Both the position numbers and the translations under genes were made by a program. Below are positions 61,219 through 64,000 of a DNA stretch of 64,000 nt, in pieces. The notes under the pieces were generated by a model. The model ran no database searches. It saw only the letters and a list, made by a program, of their open reading frames with translations, and had not been told where the DNA came from. Positions within the stretch are counted from its first letter, which is position 1, and the number at the start of each line of letters is the position of its first letter. This DNA is from Bacillota bacterium (GTDB taxonomy: Bacteria; Bacillota; DTU065): positions 17,834 to 81,833 of the forward strand of contig DAIMKF010000004.1 in the NCBI GenBank assembly GCA_036721855.1, given 5' to 3'.

Positions 61219-63534
61219 ATGATTAAGAAGAACTGGCTGATTTTGACAATGGTTGTAATTGTTCTACTCACTGGTTGTATACTAAGTAAAACGTGGCTTA
61301 CCGTATCTATAGAGGGAGAAGGTATGGTAACCAAGACTCCTGACGATAATGGCAAAGGCTATAAAAAAGGAGCCTCGGTAAAATTAGAAGCAACCCCTAA
61401 GGACGAGTGGTGTTTTGTAAACTGGAGTGGTGATGTTACTGGGCAGAGCAGAACTGTTACGGTAAAGATGGCTAAAAATCTTAACATCAAGGCTTTATTT
61501 CAACCAATCACCAAACCGGAGGGTTTAACTGTCAATGTTAAGCTTCAAACCGTGGAAATAACCTGGTCTGAAGGTGATACCTCCATTGCCGGTTATAATA
61601 TAGCTCGTAGCTTAACTACCGATGTTAATTCTTTAGAGGTATTAAATACTGCTCTGCTTACAACAACTAGCTATAGCGATTTACCTCTTGAGGATGCTAC
61701 CTATTGGTATTATTGGCTTAATGCCGTAGATCAAAATAACAATACCAGTGCTTGGATTGGACCTGTAGAAGCCAAGAAAAAATATCCTCTCACTATAGTT
61801 ATTAACGGTAATGGTACAGTAATAAAAACACCCGATGATTATAATTTAGGCTATGAATATGACACTAGAGTAACTTTACAGGCTTTAGCTAATAACGGCT
61901 TTCAATTTGACTGTTATACGGGTGATGCCTCCGGTAATGAATCTGAAGCTGTGGTAGTCATGTCGGCAGCTAAAAATGTTACTGCTAGTTTTAAAACTGC
62001 AGGGCCTCTTTTAGTTCCCCAAAAATATGCAACTATTCAAGCGGCTATAGATGCCGTTAAAGAAGGAGAGACTATTATAGTTTCGCAAGGAACCTATACA
62101 GAGAATTTAGATTTTAAAGGTAAAGGCGGTTTTACCTTAACCACTACCAATCCAAGTGATAACGAAACCAGGAAAAATACCATCATAGATGGCAATTTTA
62201 CCGGACCTTGTATTAAGGCTTTGGGCTGTAGTAAAAATGTAGTAATAAGTGGCTTTACGCTAACAAATGGTACCGGAGTAATTACCAACCAAGAAGCTTT
62301 TGGCGGTGCACTTTATATTGCCGGCAGCCAAATAACGTTAACTCAAAATGATATTGGAAACAATACTGCTTCTGCTGAGCAGTATGCTTATGGCGGCGCA
62401 CTCTATGCTGAGCATTCTACAGTGGTGTTAAAAGATAACACTATCAGAAACAACACTGCTTCTGCATTTTATTGTAATGCTTTCGGAGGAGCCATTTATA
62501 TTGCCAATGTTGATCTAACTCTTAAAAACAATCAGCTAAATGATAATACTACTGACTCTGCTCGCTCCCAGACCTATGGCGGTCTACTCTATGCTAATAG
62601 CTGTAACCTATCCATTAATGGGAATGTAATCAGTAGTAATAAAGCTTTTGGAAATGATAGTTGGGGTGGATGCTTCACTATTTATCACAGTGAGGATGTT
62701 CTTTTGGAGCAAAACATCATTTATCTAAATCAAGCCGGAAACGGCGGCGTAATCTATTCGGAGCATTGCAACCTGACACTTATCAAAAATACGATCCGAG
62801 AAAATCTAGCCTCCCTTGAAATACCACGAAGTGTTGCTTACGGCGGTGCCATTTCTGCTAATGGAGGTAGCCTTACTCTGCTTGAAAACACCCTTGAAAC
62901 TAATGTTGTAGAAACTTATTTTAATGTTGGTGCTTCAGCTTCAGGGGGAGCAATCAGTTTAATTAATGTTAATTTTACCGCTGAAAAAAATATCATTCTT
63001 GGCAATAAAGTGCATGCTGCAACCGATGAGTATTATATAGCCCGTAACTTTGGAGGAGCTTTGTGTGCAGATTCATGTACTCTTTCATTAAAGGAAAACA
63101 TTATTAATAATAATGAAGGTTATGCTAATTTTGATACCTATGGTGGAGCCATCTACCTTTTAAATTCCATTCTTGAGATGGAATTTGACCATCTTGCTTA
63201 TAATAAAGCATCCGTCTCAGGGGGAGCAATCTATAGCACTGGATGCCAAGTTACTATGAATTCCGGTACTCTCATCGGTAATACTGCCATTTGGGGCGGG
63301 GGTCTTTTCTTAGCCGAAACCAGTATTCTGATCTTTGAAAATAACACTGTTCAAAATAATGTTGCCAGTGCCGGCCAACAAAATGTAGGTAATCCTCCTT
63401 GTGGTGGTGGTTTATATATCCAAAAAGACTCTTTTGTTAAAAACATATTAGGGGATATTCTTACCAGCGAGCAAGTCCTAAATGCCAATAACTTCATAAC
63501 TAACACCCCAGATGATCTTTATTTTGATAAGTAA
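61219..63534 (+). CDS. Lipoprotein with InlB B-repeat-like and FN3-like domains and a right-handed beta-helix of GGA(I/L)Y repeats
   Basis: Lipobox LTGC. YATIQAAID beta-helix cap. About ten GGAL/GGAI...N.A repeats. Confidence 0.8.
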   Translation: MIKKNWLILTMVVIVLLTGCILSKTWLTVSIEGEGMVTKTPDDNGKGYKKGASVKLEATPKDEWCFVNWSGDVTGQSRTVTVKMAKNLNIKALFQPITKPEGLTVNVKLQTVEITWSEGDTSIAGYNIARSLTTDVNSLEVLNTALLTTTSYSDLPLEDATYWYYWLNAVDQNNNTSAWIGPVEAKKKYPLTIVINGNGTVIKTPDDYNLGYEYDTRVTLQALANNGFQFDCYTGDASGNESEAVVVMSAAKNVTASFKTAGPLLVPQKYATIQAAIDAVKEGETIIVSQGTYTENLDFKGKGGFTLTTTNPSDNETRKNTIIDGNFTGPCIKALGCSKNVVISGFTLTNGTGVITNQEAFGGALYIAGSQITLTQNDIGNNTASAEQYAYGGALYAEHSTVVLKDNTIRNNTASAFYCNAFGGAIYIANVDLTLKNNQLNDNTTDSARSQTYGGLLYANSCNLSINGNVISSNKAFGNDSWGGCFTIYHSEDVLLEQNIIYLNQAGNGGVIYSEHCNLTLIKNTIRENLASLEIPRSVAYGGAISANGGSLTLLENTLETNVVETYFNVGASASGGAISLINVNFTAEKNIILGNKVHAATDEYYIARNFGGALCADSCTLSLKENIINNNEGYANFDTYGGAIYLLNSILEMEFDHLAYNKASVSGGAIYSTGCQVTMNSGTLIGNTAIWGGGLFLAETSILIFENNTVQNNVASAGQQNVGNPPCGGGLYIQKDSFVKNILGDILTSEQVLNANNFITNTPDDLYFDK

Positions 63535-63557
63535 ACTCTTTTAGATACCAGAGAAAT

Positions 63558-63595
63558 AAGAGGTGCCTGAAAATAATTCAGGCACCTCTTTTATT
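63558..63595 (+). terminator. Intrinsic terminator
   Basis: AAGAGGTGCCTGAA-AATAA-TTCAGGCACCTCTT-TTATT. Confidence 0.85.
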
Positions 63596-63943
63596 CCCTA
63601 AAATCGGTTAGACCATCCCTTATAAACATCCCCTGTAGCCGGTAAGTTTCAGGCCATCTCTAAATATTCATATTGGCTTTTTTTACCTACACTAAGATAA
63701 ATCAACTGCTGCCAGCCAGTTGGCGGTTAAAGCTCCTTTTTTTTCTAGGTTTTAAGTCTATACAAAGAGCCTCAAGAGGGTTTTTAAGCAGCTTTTGTTT
63801 TCAATTTGTACAACCTTTTTAGCAGGAGCTGTATAGAAACTTAGGTATGATCATAACAGTGTTCCAAGTAGTTAAATTAACACTATATTGAGAGTCTTTT
63901 TTAGTTTAATGCAGGAAGAAGGGATAATGTGGAGTTTCATGCC

Positions 63944-64000
63944 ATGAATAAGAAGCAGGTTTTAACATATCTAGCCGTAGATGTTATGGCTGGATTAAGT
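63944..64000 (+). CDS. Possible 5' end of a gene running off the window
   Basis: GGAG upstream of ATG. MNKKQVLTYLAVDVMAGLS is open to the window end and looks like a signal or TM start. Confidence 0.3.
   Translation, partial: MNKKQVLTYLAVDVMAGLS

Noticed and set aside
8742-62288. Numerous 60-115 aa antisense or alternate-frame ORFs inside long genes
   Set aside because: They are shadows of well-supported genes, with no RBS or domain evidence.

Overview
AT-rich chromosomal window from an anaerobic low-GC Bacillota (Firmicutes) genome. The taxonomy is inferred from gene content only. No rRNA, tRNA, CRISPR array or prophage was found. Carbohydrate genes: a GH42/GHL6-like hydrolase running off the left edge (missed by the ORF track), GH127, a GH28-like enzyme, two orphan sugar-binding lipoproteins, and an orphan BcsA-like GT2-PilZ synthase. 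Large secreted proteins: an S8 subtilase with an exact 225-bp tandem duplication, a YvnB-like metallophosphoesterase, and a beta-helix lipoprotein. A four-gene [FeFe]-hydrogenase cluster has a beta subunit with non-bifurcating NADH-type signatures and a Rex-like operator. An ABC-DUF1854-ABC trio has zinc-ribbon N-terminal extensions. A SAM-I riboswitch controls an operon joining archaeal-type aspartate-semialdehyde homocysteine synthesis to MetF and a split MetH. A DUF2089 operon promoter carries a 21-bp-phased palindrome array. About ten pseudogenes or gene remnants are scattered through the window. Family assignments come from motif recognition by eye, not database searches.
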